Made by a program: the position numbers and the translations under genes. Below are positions 38,438 to 49,218 of a stretch of 64,000 nucleotides of DNA, one piece after another. This DNA is from Candidatus Parvarchaeota archaeon (GTDB lineage Archaea; Nanobdellota; Nanobdellia; WJKC01), in NCBI GenBank assembly GCA_030615175.1, contig JAUWZX010000001.1, positions 524,044 through 588,043 on the forward strand. The letters are read 5' to 3'. The notes beneath the pieces were generated by a model. The model saw only the letters and a list, made by a program, of their open reading frames with translations, made no database searches and was not told the DNA's origin. The stretch's first letter is position 1, and every line of letters begins with the position of its first letter.

Positions 38438-38899
38438 ATGTTATATGAAGAAAGTATTTTCATGAAAGTTACTTCAATTACGTTATTCATTCTTGCATTC
38501 ATGTTTTTATATTTATTCATTAATCTTGCATTAATAGCGCTGTCTCTTAACTGGTTTTTCTTAATCATGTTTTTCATTTTCCTCGCATTAGTACTAAACT
38601 TTAGTACATTAAGGATTAAGATTACTAAAGAATCCATAATTGTTAGTTACGGATTAATCAAGTACACCACTCCTTTTAAGAATATTAAGAAAACCTATCA
38701 TGATAACGTTTCGAACTGGTGGTATGGTGGGTGGGGCATCCGTTTAGGCTACGTTAAGAAGAGATGGAGGCATGTCTTCAATGTTTATGGAGTGCCTCGC
38801 ATAGTACTAACATTAAGGAATGGAACATTTGATGAATTCGTTTTCTCAACAAAGAAGCCGCAGGAAGTAATGAGTATAATAAAGAAAAGAATTACTTAA
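38438..38899 (+). CDS. Membrane protein with PH-like soluble domain
   Basis: Two TM helices, YGGWGIR, FVFSTKKP. Confidence 0.65.
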   Translation: MLYEESIFMKVTSITLFILAFMFLYLFINLALIALSLNWFFLIMFFIFLALVLNFSTLRIKITKESIIVSYGLIKYTTPFKNIKKTYHDNVSNWWYGGWGIRLGYVKKRWRHVFNVYGVPRIVLTLRNGTFDEFVFSTKKPQEVMSIIKKRIT

Positions 38900-39431
38900 A
38901 TGAAAACTTAACGCAGTACAATTTTTCGAAAAACATTTTCTTTGAGTCAAGAACTTCTGACTCATAACCTAATCCTCTTGCTTCATTGAACACTTCTTCA
39001 GAACTTGTCAGCGTGCTGAAGGCAGTGATAATGAATCCATCCTTTTTAAGATGCTTTTTTGCCTGCTTTAAGAACTTCACCAGCAACTCATAACCTTTAT
39101 AGCCGCCAGTCGTCATTAACGCTGTTTCCAAATCCTCCTTCTTCTCTTCAGGCAGGTAAGGCGGGTTAAAAGTAATTATGTCATACTTATCCTTAATATT
39201 TTCAAATAAATCTGACTGCACGAACCTTGCTTTCTTAATTTTCTTCCTGCAGTGCTCAACAGCGTAAGGGTTAATGTCAGCGCCCGTAACACTATTAGTA
39301 TCCTTATTCCTTAACGCTGCCTTAACAAGTATTCCTGAGCCAGTGCCCATGTCCAATACTTCTCCTCGTGCTAGTTTCTCCACCTGCTTCTCCAGCAAGC
39401 CTGAATCCTCTCCTGGCTCGTAAACCTTCAT
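38892..39431 (-). CDS. HemK2/N6AMT1-family protein methyltransferase
   Basis: VYEPGEDS, LDMGTGSG, FNPPY. Confidence 0.92.
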   Translation of the reverse strand: MKVYEPGEDSGLLEKQVEKLARGEVLDMGTGSGILVKAALRNKDTNSVTGADINPYAVEHCRKKIKKARFVQSDLFENIKDKYDIITFNPPYLPEEKKEDLETALMTTGGYKGYELLVKFLKQAKKHLKKDGFIITAFSTLTSSEEVFNEARGLGYESEVLDSKKMFFEKLYCVKFSFK

Positions 39432-39509
39432 GTCTTGTTATATATAATATATGATTTAAAAATTTTACTTAAATTCGACAATTATTAAAATAATGACTGA
39501 TGTAAAATA

Positions 39510-40808
39510 ATGTCTTTAATAATGGCATCAAAATTTAAGTATTGGAGAAAGAGAATATTATTAACTATCTGGATTTCTTACGCCGCGTTTTATCTTTGCA
39601 GGATGAACATGTCAGTTGCTCTTCCCGGAATCATGAATGAGTTTGGATTCACGAAGACGATGATGGGGATGATTCTAACAGGGTTTTTCATTACTTATGC
39701 TGCAGGGCAGTTCATAAACGCAGTGATTGGTGATAAAGTTGGAGCAAGGAAGTTAGTATTCGTTGGAATGCTTTTTTCCGCAATCATGAATATCTTATTT
39801 GGTTTTACGAATGGGGTTCTCGGAGCCATGATACTGGTATGGAGTCTTAATGGTTTTTTCCTGTCAATGGGTTGGGGGCCGATAGTTAAGACGATAGCTA
39901 ACTGGTTTAATATAAGGCAGAGAGGAAAGGCTTCAGGGGTTATAGGGACTTCATACTTGTTTGGCGGTGCAGTCACTATTGCACTGTCAGGTTTTATTAT
40001 AGCAATCCTTGGCTGGAAGTGGGTGTTCTGGATTCCCGCAATAATACTTCTATTATTAAGCGTGCACTGGGTTTTAAGAATTAGGAATGCTCCTGAAGAA
40101 GTGGGTTTGCCTACAATAGAGGATGAGGTTAACGGGAGGAAAGCAAGTAAAACAGCAAGGGATGAGTACATTGGTTTACTTAATATTTTAAAAATAGTTA
40201 TAAGAATGAAGCGGGTGTGGGCTACTGCTCTTGCATTGTTTTGTTTAAACATTGTAAGGTTTGGTTTCATGAGTTGGGCTCCAACTTACTTGATTGAAGT
40301 TCAAAAAGCAGGGATTACAATGGCAGCTATTAAAACAGTGTTAATACCTTTAACGGGTTCTGTTGGCGTATTATTCGTGGGGTGGGTGACTGATAAATTC
40401 TTTAAAACCAGCAGGGCGCCAGTGGCAGCAATAATGTTATTAAGCCTTGCTTTTGTTTGCTGGATGTTTGCGGTAACGCCATCTGACAATCAGTTTCTAA
40501 GCACTTTATTGCTTGCATTAATTGGTTTCTTAATTTATGGTCCGCTGTCCTTAATGACTACAACCATGCCAATGGATTTCGGAACAAGGAAGGCAGCAGC
40601 ATTCGCTACAGGATTCATTGATGGCTGGGGGTATATTGGCGCTGCATTGACTGGTGTAATGACTGGTTTATTGGTGGATAATGTATCATGGAGTGCAGCG
40701 CTTAGTTTATGGATTTCAGGGGCGTTTATTGGCGGAGTAATCATGTCATTGCTTGGCCTTTTAATGAAAAATAAGAAAACAGTAAGAGTGCGGTCAGCAT
40801 ATCATTGA
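39510..40808 (+). CDS. MFS organophosphate transporter (GlpT/UhpC-like)
   Basis: 12 TM; YAAFYLCR, PEEVGLP, ATGFIDGWGY. Confidence 0.9.
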   Translation: MSLIMASKFKYWRKRILLTIWISYAAFYLCRMNMSVALPGIMNEFGFTKTMMGMILTGFFITYAAGQFINAVIGDKVGARKLVFVGMLFSAIMNILFGFTNGVLGAMILVWSLNGFFLSMGWGPIVKTIANWFNIRQRGKASGVIGTSYLFGGAVTIALSGFIIAILGWKWVFWIPAIILLLLSVHWVLRIRNAPEEVGLPTIEDEVNGRKASKTARDEYIGLLNILKIVIRMKRVWATALALFCLNIVRFGFMSWAPTYLIEVQKAGITMAAIKTVLIPLTGSVGVLFVGWVTDKFFKTSRAPVAAIMLLSLAFVCWMFAVTPSDNQFLSTLLLALIGFLIYGPLSLMTTTMPMDFGTRKAAAFATGFIDGWGYIGAALTGVMTGLLVDNVSWSAALSLWISGAFIGGVIMSLLGLLMKNKKTVRVRSAYH

Positions 40809-40810
40809 AA

Positions 40811-41272
40811 TCAGGTTTTTAAGAAGATTAATAATCCTGTAATTGAAGATGCAACAGCGTAAACGTATATGTTAAGTCCTGAAATCCATAATAATGGTCC
40901 GATAATCAGGTAAGGCAGTAATACTTCTCTTACGAAGAACGCGCCTCTCGCGCCTGCAAATAATATTTTAGGCTTCCTCTTCTTACGCGTCCATGAGTAA
41001 GCAATAGCGCAGTCAAGCAGGGCGTCACTAACCCAGCCGAAAGCAAGCCATTGCCATCCAATAATGTACCAGAAGAAAGACCAGAGACTTGCCCAGCCTA
41101 ATTCCTCCAGTATCCCGCTCCAAGGCAGCCACTTCCTTTTATGCATTCCCTTTGTCTCTGGACTAACGCAGAAGCCAAAAGACTTTGACTTCTTATAAGC
41201 CTTGAGATAGCAGAGTTGCCTGAAAATATTTGGGATGAGTATTGCAGTAAAAAATAATACGAATTCAATCAT
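40811..41272 (-). CDS. Membrane protein
   Basis: Trp-rich hydrophobic segments. Confidence 0.6.
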   Translation of the reverse strand: MIEFVLFFTAILIPNIFRQLCYLKAYKKSKSFGFCVSPETKGMHKRKWLPWSGILEELGWASLWSFFWYIIGWQWLAFGWVSDALLDCAIAYSWTRKKRKPKILFAGARGAFFVREVLLPYLIIGPLLWISGLNIYVYAVASSITGLLIFLKT

Positions 41273-41299
41273 TACTTAATTATTCCTGCAGTTTTTTTC

Positions 41300-41491
41300 T
41301 TATAAACATTTGGATTTCGCGTGCTCATAAGCATTCCTGGTGTTTTCCTCTATTATGCAGGTTAAGCCGATAAAGCAGAATCCAGTCACGAATAATGCCG
41401 TGTTCTGCAGCAGCATTCCAGCAGTGAATAATACTCCTCCAGCACCAATTAAGTATTTCAAGTCTTTAAGGAATTCTTCAATCATAAACAT
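41300..41491 (-). CDS. Small membrane protein
   Basis: 63 aa, two short TM segments. Confidence 0.5.
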   Translation of the reverse strand: MFMIEEFLKDLKYLIGAGGVLFTAGMLLQNTALFVTGFCFIGLTCIIEENTRNAYEHAKSKCL

Positions 41492-41526
41492 TAATAATTA
41501 AGTCCTGACTTATAAATATTTATTCA

Positions 41527-42177
41527 ATGAAAGAATTTAATAAGCAGCGCAGTAAACTGGTTGATTATTTAGTTACAGTTGGAGTGCTTAAGACTCCAAG
41601 AATCATTAAGGCTTTCCGCAAAGTCAGGCGCGAGGAATTCTTGCTTGATAAGAATAGGGCATCAGCTTATATTGATGAGCCATTGCCAATACTTAGTAAT
41701 CAGACTATTAGTCAGCCAACAACTATTGCAATAATGACTGAAGCCTTGAACCCTATGAAGGGTGACAGGATTCTTGAAATAGGGTCAGGTTCTGGTTACC
41801 AGGCAGCAATTCTCATGGAATCCATTATTAAGGGTGAAGTTCACACTATTGAAATAATCAGGGAGGTGTACGAGTTCGCTAAGAATAATTTACTAAGAGC
41901 TGGTTATAACGTTAATATATATTGTATGGATGGCGGTGAAGGGTTGCCTGATAAAGCTCCTTTTGATAAGATAATTGTTACGTGTGCTGCGCCAGTAATT
42001 CCTGAACCATTAATCAGGCAGTTAAAGGATGGAGGAGTATTAGTCATCCCTGTTGGTAAGGGGATGAGTCAGGAAATGACTGTAATTAAGAAGGATAAAG
42101 GCAGGATTATTAAAGAATTGCTTGGTTTATTCGCGTTCGTGCCGCTTACAGGGAAGTTCGGCGTCAAGCTTTTATGA
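41527..42177 (+). CDS. pcm: Protein-L-isoaspartate O-methyltransferase
   Basis: QTISQP, LEIGSGSGY, APFDKI, FVPL. Confidence 0.95.
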   Translation: MKEFNKQRSKLVDYLVTVGVLKTPRIIKAFRKVRREEFLLDKNRASAYIDEPLPILSNQTISQPTTIAIMTEALNPMKGDRILEIGSGSGYQAAILMESIIKGEVHTIEIIREVYEFAKNNLLRAGYNVNIYCMDGGEGLPDKAPFDKIIVTCAAPVIPEPLIRQLKDGGVLVIPVGKGMSQEMTVIKKDKGRIIKELLGLFAFVPLTGKFGVKLL

Positions 42178-42667
42178 ATACGTACTTACTGCTTAGTTCT
42201 TTTGTTATTAATGCAATCCCGCAGTAATTATCAAGGAGTTCGATTACTAACTTGACTTCAGGCTCTTCCAGGTCAACGCTTACTTTTGTTTTTTCATAAA
42301 TGACTTCTCCTAATTCCTTTTCTAATTCATGGCTGTTAATCATGCCTTTATGTCCTCTGCGCTCAACAGTGATGCGGAAGGATTTGTACTTCTTAACAGT
42401 GTCAGCGTAATTCAATATTCTTTCTTTTAATTCCTTAATTAGTGACTTCACGTCCTTGAACTTGAATAATTCATTAATAATGATGACTCGTGAAAGGCAT
42501 AAGGGCAGGTCTTTTTCTAATTCATCCATTAATGATTGAGTATCATCAACAAAGCCTGTAATCACATCCCTGAAGGATGTTCCTTTGAATTTGCCTTTAT
42601 CTTTTAGTGCTCTGAGTAATTCTCTTTGCTCGCCTCTGAAACTAGTGATTATTAAATTAAAGTCCAT
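42164..42667 (-). CDS. Stand-alone THUMP-domain protein
   Basis: SFRITVERRG, VDLEEPE..LVIE. Confidence 0.85.
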   Translation of the reverse strand: MDFNLIITSFRGEQRELLRALKDKGKFKGTSFRDVITGFVDDTQSLMDELEKDLPLCLSRVIIINELFKFKDVKSLIKELKERILNYADTVKKYKSFRITVERRGHKGMINSHELEKELGEVIYEKTKVSVDLEEPEVKLVIELLDNYCGIALITKELSSKYVFIKA

Positions 42668-42705
42668 TGAAAGATTTAATAAATATTAGTGAATTATAAA
42701 TCTTT

Positions 42706-42903
42706 GTGGCTCAAATAACAAGGGCTTTTCAGGATGATAATTGCAGTATCTGCAATGATTATAAGGCAGTGAGAGTGATAGTTGATAAGGGGAAGTACGT
42801 CTGCATCTGCGAGTCCTGTGCTGAAAGCATTAAAGATAAGACTATTAATGAAATCATTAAAGAATATGGTAAGCCATTAAAGAAGAAGAGTAGGAAGAAA
42901 TGA
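42706..42903 (+). CDS. Small zinc-ribbon protein
   Basis: CSIC...ICESC, basic tail. Confidence 0.6.
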   Translation: MAQITRAFQDDNCSICNDYKAVRVIVDKGKYVCICESCAESIKDKTINEIIKEYGKPLKKKSRKK

Positions 42904-42907
42904 TGTC

Positions 42908-43498
42908 ATGACTGAACTTGAAATTAATGTTAAGCCAGTAACTATTTCTTTAATACTTATCTGCATCATCCTGTTCTTCTTTTCATCATTATTCCCTTCA
43001 ATCATTGATTTGCTGTCCATTAGTGCTGATAACTTCAGCGTTAATCCTTTGGTTATCATTACTGCTGCCTTTCTTCACAGGGGGTGGGCTCACTTGCTTT
43101 TCAACTTGTTTGCCTTATTCTTTTTCGGCACTGCTTTGGAGAGTGAGTCAGGGTCTAAGTTCATGGTTTTATTATTCATTGCAAGCGTTACCATTGCCAA
43201 TTTTGCTTTCATGTTTTTATTCCCTGACAGCAGTGCTGTAGGGATTTCAGGTTTTGTTTACGGTTTGATTGGCTCATTAGTCATTATTAAGCCAAAACTG
43301 AGAATCCTAATGCCTTTAGGATTCATTAGTATTCCAATGCCAGTCCTCGTTGCAGGGCCTTTAATTGCTTTGGGCGAGTTCATATTAAGCGCTGCAAATC
43401 TTTATAATATAGCGCATGTCGCTCATTTCGGAGGATTTATTGCAGGCTTTGCTTTCGGGTTGATTGAAAGATTTAAAAAAAGGAAGAGGGTTAAATAA
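42908..43498 (+). CDS. Rhomboid intramembrane serine protease
   Basis: FLH..WAHLLFN, GISG, AHFGG. Confidence 0.92.
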   Translation: MTELEINVKPVTISLILICIILFFFSSLFPSIIDLLSISADNFSVNPLVIITAAFLHRGWAHLLFNLFALFFFGTALESESGSKFMVLLFIASVTIANFAFMFLFPDSSAVGISGFVYGLIGSLVIIKPKLRILMPLGFISIPMPVLVAGPLIALGEFILSAANLYNIAHVAHFGGFIAGFAFGLIERFKKRKRVK

Positions 43499-43502
43499 TT
43501 TA

Positions 43503-44057
43503 ATGATTAACTTCATCATTCTTTTATTAACTGCCTGTTCTTCAATTCTTCTGGGCGGCTTCATTGTTAAGTTCACTATTGATGAAGTTAAGGGCAAGGA
43601 GTGGGCTTTAAGAGTTATTATCGGCGCTTTCTGTTTATTCATTAGTTTGCTAGTCCTTTACGCATGCAGTGATTCACTTATTAATTTCCTGATTGGTTAC
43701 GCTTTAGGTTATTTTACCTTAATGATTGCTTCTAAGTTCTCAAAGCTTGGCTATGTTGACTTCGCGCTCGTTAGCGGTGCATTAATGAGTTCTTCTTACC
43801 TTCTTAATGTTAGTGCTGGTTTATTAATTATTATTTCCCTGTGCGTTATGAACCTTCCGTTCGGCTCGCTGGTCACTCTTGAATTCAAGCGCAAGAAATG
43901 GTTTAAGAGACTGTTATTAATTGATTTAGTGTTAGCGGTAACAGCGTTTGTTACTTATCAATTATTTAATTATTATAATGATGCATTAATTACTGGGATA
44001 ATAGGAGGTTTATTCACTGTTTATGGGTTCTCATTCATTAAAGGGAAAAAGTCTTGA
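43503..44057 (+). CDS. Multi-pass membrane protein
   Basis: About 7 TM helices; start moved to MINF. Confidence 0.65.
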   Translation: MINFIILLLTACSSILLGGFIVKFTIDEVKGKEWALRVIIGAFCLFISLLVLYACSDSLINFLIGYALGYFTLMIASKFSKLGYVDFALVSGALMSSSYLLNVSAGLLIIISLCVMNLPFGSLVTLEFKRKKWFKRLLLIDLVLAVTAFVTYQLFNYYNDALITGIIGGLFTVYGFSFIKGKKS

Positions 44058-44298
44058 GAAGACAATAAAAATCCTGGTTAAGCCTGGCAGCGGGGAGCAG
44101 TCAATTAAGAAGAGTAAATTAGAGGAGGATTTGCTTGAAGTGAAACTGATTTCAAGACCTGTTAAGGGAAAGGCTAATGTGGAGTTAATGGAAGTCCTGT
44201 CACAATTCTTCGGCGTGCCTAAGAATTATATTTTCATATTAAAAGGAGCGCGCTCTAAGAGGAAGTTGATTAAAGTAACTCTTTACAAGAAGTATTAG
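44023..44298 (+). CDS. DUF167 (UPF0235) protein
   Basis: VKPGS, PVKGKANVEL, GARSKRK; true start probably later. Confidence 0.85.
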   Translation: MGSHSLKGKSLEKTIKILVKPGSGEQSIKKSKLEEDLLEVKLISRPVKGKANVELMEVLSQFFGVPKNYIFILKGARSKRKLIKVTLYKKY

Positions 44299-44708
44299 TA
44301 TGTCCTGTTCGCTTCAGCAAGCGGGTGTCCTTTGCAGTGAACTATGAATTCCTTATACCAGCCGAACGGTGACTTATGCACTTCAAATCCTTCTTTCTCT
44401 AATGCCTTCTTTAATTCATTTAATTTTTCTTTGGCAAATCCTGCACTGCTTAATTCATTGCTTAAGTGAGCGTAAGGGTATAAGACGACTCTCATGACCT
44501 TGACTTGACCCGTGACTTCTTTTATGCCGCCAACAGCCTGACTGATTATCTCAGGGTTCTCCTCGTCACGCTTCTCGAACGCTGTGAGGCATGCAATGCA
44601 GTCCTTGACTTCACTCCACTTTCCTTCTGCTGCAGGCTCGCTAATCGCTTTAATCTCTTTCACAGGCCTCCACTTAATACTATTCACATGCCAGCAAAGA
44701 ATCCTCAT
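44295..44708 (-). CDS. Free-standing archaeal-type threonyl-tRNA synthetase editing domain
   Basis: MRIL.WH, YPYAHLS, PFGWYK, KGHPLAE. Confidence 0.92.
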   Translation of the reverse strand: MRILCWHVNSIKWRPVKEIKAISEPAAEGKWSEVKDCIACLTAFEKRDEENPEIISQAVGGIKEVTGQVKVMRVVLYPYAHLSNELSSAGFAKEKLNELKKALEKEGFEVHKSPFGWYKEFIVHCKGHPLAEANRTY

Positions 44709-44755
44709 AAAAATCTGAAACTCCCATGAATATTTAAGGGTTTTTAGACTTACTT

Positions 44756-45007
44756 TTATTTTTCTTCAATATTCCAATAATCTTTTAAGAAATGATAAAT
44801 TTCGTCATTTAATTTATTTTCTAACTCGAATTCAATAATCTGATCTGGCACCCGAAACATGTATGCTATAATACCTTCTTCAGACTCATGTCTACTTTTT
44901 AATAATCCATATATTGTTTCTGATTCAGTAATCATATTCAGATTCCCTCCTTGATCCTTTATTTTTTCCAGAAAGTCTTGTCTTGGCTTTAAAATATATT
45001 TTAACAT
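44756..45007 (-). CDS. Hypothetical protein
   Basis: 83-aa ORF in AT-rich region. Confidence 0.5.
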   Translation of the reverse strand: MLKYILKPRQDFLEKIKDQGGNLNMITESETIYGLLKSRHESEEGIIAYMFRVPDQIIEFELENKLNDEIYHFLKDYWNIEEK

Positions 45008-45090
45008 GAAATACTAATAGTAAGAAAATAATTTAAATACTTTTCTAATTATTAACATGCCTACGAAAAGTTAAGGTGTCAGCACAGCAT

Positions 45091-45468
45091 TTAGTATTTT
45101 ATATCTGTTAAGTTCATGATTTCTAAAACAGAGTCAGGTTGAATATCTATCAGTGCTTTTATGCCTTTTGGATATTTATGTTTTTCAAAATGTTCTTCTG
45201 TAACTCCTTTATCCTGAAGCCCTCCATGCCAATTAAAATCTTTATGTTCATATTCTATTTTAAATTGACCTCTGGTTTTAAAATAAAAGACTCCACTATC
45301 TCCAAGTTCAAGTTTATACTCATTTTTTTTAATCGGGATAAGCGACATTCTACCAGCATACTCTAAGATATCAGGCTTATGAACATGGACTTCTCCATTA
45401 AATTGAAGTTCCTCAGTAAGACCTTCTTCTAAAATATCACCTAATTGTTTAAGAGTTAATCTTTTCAT
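45091..45468 (-). CDS. Hypothetical protein
   Basis: 125-aa ORF; GAGG upstream of start. Confidence 0.55.
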   Translation of the reverse strand: MKRLTLKQLGDILEEGLTEELQFNGEVHVHKPDILEYAGRMSLIPIKKNEYKLELGDSGVFYFKTRGQFKIEYEHKDFNWHGGLQDKGVTEEHFEKHKYPKGIKALIDIQPDSVLEIMNLTDIKY

Positions 45469-45491
45469 AATACTATCCTCAGTATTATTAT

Positions 45492-46385
45492 TTAATAAAT
45501 ATTTGGATTCTCAACTGATAATGTTTCTTCAGCCTGAATGTCAGATGAACAATACAAACAAGAATTTAATTCCACATCAACAGATAATTCATTATAGCAA
45601 AGCGGGCATACTGGTTTGTTAATTTTATTAGAATACTTATTATTAATCATGATATATTCTTTAATTGAATTTATTATCTTGGATTCTAATTCATCATCTT
45701 CACTTAATTCAGATAATTTTTTATTAAAAAAAGTAATATCACCTTTAATTATTTCTTCTAAAATATAGCCAATCTTTGCATGAAACGTTTTATTACCATT
45801 TTCAAGATAATTAATTCCCTTAAGAATATTGGCCGGATAATATTCTTTTCTTAAACCAGCAATATCAAAATCACATATACGAAACATAATACAATCATTA
45901 TCATATTCTCTATATCTATAAAATGAGGGTTCAACTTTTTTTAACCAAACCAGTTCCTTATTTAATTCCACACCCCAATTTTTTACCTTATCATTTTTTA
46001 GGAATTCATCTACAAACCTTAAATCACCATATTTTTTTAATTCGTCTGCCATAATTTTATACTTAATTAAGAAAGGTTTATTCAAATCCATATTCTGATG
46101 AAGATTAAAGATTTTCTTAAAATAAATATACTTATCAAACTTTTTATCTAATTTCTCAATAAAATCAGAATCATCCATGTAAGTTAAATTATACATATCA
46201 TCAATATCGCTCAGATTACTGAATAAATTGCTTGCCTTTTTTAAAGCAATTCTTGATTGTTCAATCTTTGCCTGATTAACTTCACGTAATTTATCATATA
46301 ATAATGACTGGATTTTTTTCTCTTTTTTCTTTGACATAAGGGATAAGTCTAAAATTAATCCTTTATAAATTTTATTATACAACAA
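45492..46385 (-). CDS. Hypothetical protein with C-terminal zinc finger
   Basis: CPLC...CLYC; very AT-rich; start probably at MSKKK. Confidence 0.6.
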   Translation of the reverse strand: MLYNKIYKGLILDLSLMSKKKEKKIQSLLYDKLREVNQAKIEQSRIALKKASNLFSNLSDIDDMYNLTYMDDSDFIEKLDKKFDKYIYFKKIFNLHQNMDLNKPFLIKYKIMADELKKYGDLRFVDEFLKNDKVKNWGVELNKELVWLKKVEPSFYRYREYDNDCIMFRICDFDIAGLRKEYYPANILKGINYLENGNKTFHAKIGYILEEIIKGDITFFNKKLSELSEDDELESKIINSIKEYIMINNKYSNKINKPVCPLCYNELSVDVELNSCLYCSSDIQAEETLSVENPNIY

Positions 46386-46439
46386 AAATTCTTTTCACAC
46401 ACCAAAACATATTTAAATATGTACATACATACATATATT

Positions 46440-46733
46440 ATGATTCGGAATAAAGTTAAGTTCTTCAAGGCATTGGGGGATGGGTCAAGGCTGAAGGTAT
46501 TGCAATGCCTCTTAGGTAGGGATTTCTGCGCATGCGATTTCACATCAAAAACAAAAAGAGATCAGACAACCATTTCAAGACACTTAAAAGTGCTTGTGGA
46601 AGCAGGCATACTAAAATACGAGAGGCGTGGCAGGAATATAATATACAGCATCAAAAATGATGAAGTAAGAAAAATCTTAACAGATTTCGGAATAAAAAGT
46701 TGTTGCAGGGAGGTGAAAAAAAATGAAAAATGA
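46440..46733 (+). CDS. arsR: ArsR/SmtB-family transcriptional regulator
   Basis: [27 protein letters not shown]-terminal CC. Confidence 0.9.
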   Translation: MIRNKVKFFKALGDGSRLKVLQCLLGRDFCACDFTSKTKRDQTTISRHLKVLVEAGILKYERRGRNIIYSIKNDEVRKILTDFGIKSCCREVKKNEK

Positions 46734-47448
46734 CGAAGTAAAAAAAATAGTAAAGAAAGCGTATGCAAGAGTGGCGATAAGCGATTGCGGATGCGGGTGC
46801 AGTCAAAGCAGTTGTTCAATAGAAGACCAGTTAAAAGAGATGGGGTACACGCAAAAAGAACTGAATTCAGTGCCAAGAGGCGCTAACATGGGACTCGGGT
46901 GTGGCAACCCAACAGCCTTGGGGGAGTTTAAAAAGGGGGAAACAGTACTTGACTTAGGCTCAGGCAGGGGTTTTGACGCATTCCTGGCAGCAAGCAAGGT
47001 AGGAGATAAGGGATACGTGATTGGAGTGGACATGACAGAGGAAATGATTAAAAAAGCAGAAGAGAACGCGTTAAAAGGAGGATACAAAAACGTTGAATTC
47101 AGATTAGGGGATATTGAGAGTTTACCAGTGGATAGTGATTCGATAGATGTGATAATAAGCAACTGCGTAATCAATCTTGCACCGGACAAAGAAAAAGTCT
47201 ATAAAGAAGCCTACAGAGTATTAAAACAAGACGGCAGAATGTACATCTCAGACATCGTGCTGCTAAAAGAATTAAGTGAAGAACAAAAAAATGACGAGAA
47301 CTTATTAGCAGGATGTGTGAGCGGAGCATTACTAAAGAATGACTACTTGAAAATCATAAAGAACGCTGGATTCAAAATAAAGGGTTTATCAGACAAATTA
47401 GACACTGGACTGCCAATAGAAAGCCTGAATATAGTAGCATACAAGTAG
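46723..47448 (+). CDS. arsM: Arsenite S-adenosylmethyltransferase
   Basis: GLGCGNP, LDLGSG.G.D, SNCVINL, GCVSGA; GGAGGTG SD, overlaps arsR. Confidence 0.92.
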   Translation: MKNDEVKKIVKKAYARVAISDCGCGCSQSSCSIEDQLKEMGYTQKELNSVPRGANMGLGCGNPTALGEFKKGETVLDLGSGRGFDAFLAASKVGDKGYVIGVDMTEEMIKKAEENALKGGYKNVEFRLGDIESLPVDSDSIDVIISNCVINLAPDKEKVYKEAYRVLKQDGRMYISDIVLLKELSEEQKNDENLLAGCVSGALLKNDYLKIIKNAGFKIKGLSDKLDTGLPIESLNIVAYK

Positions 47449-47528
47449 AAAACGACTTTCTTTCATTTTTTTTATAATAATACTTATTTATAATAATACT
47501 TATAAACACCACCATTTTTAATGAATTA

Positions 47529-49001
47529 ATGAAAGGTAATGAAGTAATCCTGACAGCAGACAGGACTCAGACAAGCAACTTCCGAAGCTTTATCTATGCA
47601 GGTTTTATTCCATGCTTTGCAAAGAACTGGCTTACTAACATATTCTTTAAAACAATAGTAAAGCAAAGAAAGGATTTAGCCCCAATCGGACTGCGCGTAT
47701 GCGAAACCGTGTTATTACGAGCAGGCATTAATTGCAGTTACGTTCACTCAAATGACTTGAAGAAACAGGTTAATGAAAAAACAAAATTCGTCTGCGTTTC
47801 ATGCGTGGACCCTGTTGGCAAGGGGCCCACAAGCCAGTTATTTAAAATATTCTGGCGCGGCAAAACATTTCTGGAAATTGAATTCGAGCGCTTAATGAAT
47901 ACGATTAAGAACTTAAAACAGAAGTACGGCTTTAAAGTAATTGTTGGAGGGCAGGGCGCATGGCGTTTAATAAACAAGGAAAAGGAATTCAATATTGACC
48001 ACTTATTCCTCGGTGAAGCAGAGAAGACCTTGCCTGATTTAATAATTAATCCTGAAAATTATGGCTTAATAGTTAATGGAGCACGGCCTAAGGCTGATGA
48101 AATCATGCCAATAACTCATGCCAGCGTTCTCGGAGCAGTGGAAATAGCCAGGGGGTGCGGGCGGGGATGCAAGTTCTGCTCAACAACACTGTCAGGAGGC
48201 ATCCGCAACGTGCCAATAGAGAACATAAAAGAAAGCATTAAGAATAACATACAAGAAGGACAAAGGAATATTTCATTACGCGCAGAAGACTTCCTGCTGT
48301 ACAAGCATAAAAAATTTATACCAGATACAGATGCAGTTCTCAACTTATTCAAGGAGTGCTATGATGTTAAGGGCTTAAGTGACTTACAACCCGTCCACGG
48401 TTCTCATAGCGCGGTATACTCTAATCCTGACTTAATATTCAAACTTGACAAGTTATTAAAATCAAGAGGAGCGAAGTTTTTTGGCTTCCAGCCAGGCATT
48501 GAAACAGGCAGTGACAGGCTTTTATGCAAGACTATGAGGGGCAAGAAGTTTCCTAATTTGAAAGAGGACTGGGCTGACATAGTATATGAATCACTCAAGA
48601 TAACCGATAAAGTTGACTGGTTTACTTGTTCAACAATGATGATTGGGTTGCCTGGAGAAACAGAGAATGATATTAGAGCATCAATTAATCTCGTGGATAA
48701 AACAAAGAATTTTAAAAACATGATGGTGCCGCAATTCTTTGTGCCAGTTAAGTTCACATCTTTTGAAAATGAGGAGTCATACATTTTCAAGAATATGACT
48801 TCATTAAAAATCCAGTTATTAAAAGCCTGTTTTAAAAGCATTGTTGGGATGGTTGATAAGGTTGGAAGAGACTACTTTGCAGGCATCAGGATTCCTAATG
48901 TAATAAAGTCATTTGGTGTTAAAAAATTATTTAATGGACTTGAAAGAAGCATTGAAAAGCAGTTAAAATTCATTAAACAATTGAAATATTCAGCTACATA
49001 A
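47529..49001 (+). CDS. Radical SAM protein (B12-binding-domain type)
   Basis: VIVGGQGA, EIARGCGRGCKFC, GIETGS, GLPGET. Confidence 0.88.
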   Translation: MKGNEVILTADRTQTSNFRSFIYAGFIPCFAKNWLTNIFFKTIVKQRKDLAPIGLRVCETVLLRAGINCSYVHSNDLKKQVNEKTKFVCVSCVDPVGKGPTSQLFKIFWRGKTFLEIEFERLMNTIKNLKQKYGFKVIVGGQGAWRLINKEKEFNIDHLFLGEAEKTLPDLIINPENYGLIVNGARPKADEIMPITHASVLGAVEIARGCGRGCKFCSTTLSGGIRNVPIENIKESIKNNIQEGQRNISLRAEDFLLYKHKKFIPDTDAVLNLFKECYDVKGLSDLQPVHGSHSAVYSNPDLIFKLDKLLKSRGAKFFGFQPGIETGSDRLLCKTMRGKKFPNLKEDWADIVYESLKITDKVDWFTCSTMMIGLPGETENDIRASINLVDKTKNFKNMMVPQFFVPVKFTSFENEESYIFKNMTSLKIQLLKACFKSIVGMVDKVGRDYFAGIRIPNVIKSFGVKKLFNGLERSIEKQLKFIKQLKYSAT

Positions 49002-49039
49002 ACATTTATTAAAAGCAAAAAATGAATTAAATAATTATT

Positions 49040-49213
49040 ATGACTAATGATTATGAAAAGGACTCAGAGAAGAAACCAAAAGAGTTGCTGGAAAAATCAC
49101 GCATAGAGCAAATCATTGAACTTGAAGAGATTAAGAAAAAATCATTCAAAAAGTGCGTTAGTATTTATGATTTCTTTGAAATATATAAGTTATACGAAGA
49201 AGATGATGAGTAA
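49040..49213 (+). CDS. Small hypothetical protein (57 aa), absent from ORF track
   Basis: MTNDYEKDSEKKPKELLEK...YEEDDE; TATA-like box upstream. Confidence 0.5.
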   Translation: MTNDYEKDSEKKPKELLEKSRIEQIIELEEIKKKSFKKCVSIYDFFEIYKLYEEDDE

Positions 49214-49218
49214 GTAAT

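Noticed and set aside
39695..40270. Long antisense ORFs (also 34446-34883, 32215-32595, 46803-47189, 48404-48841)
   Set aside because: Codon-mirror artefacts of well-supported genes on the opposite strand.
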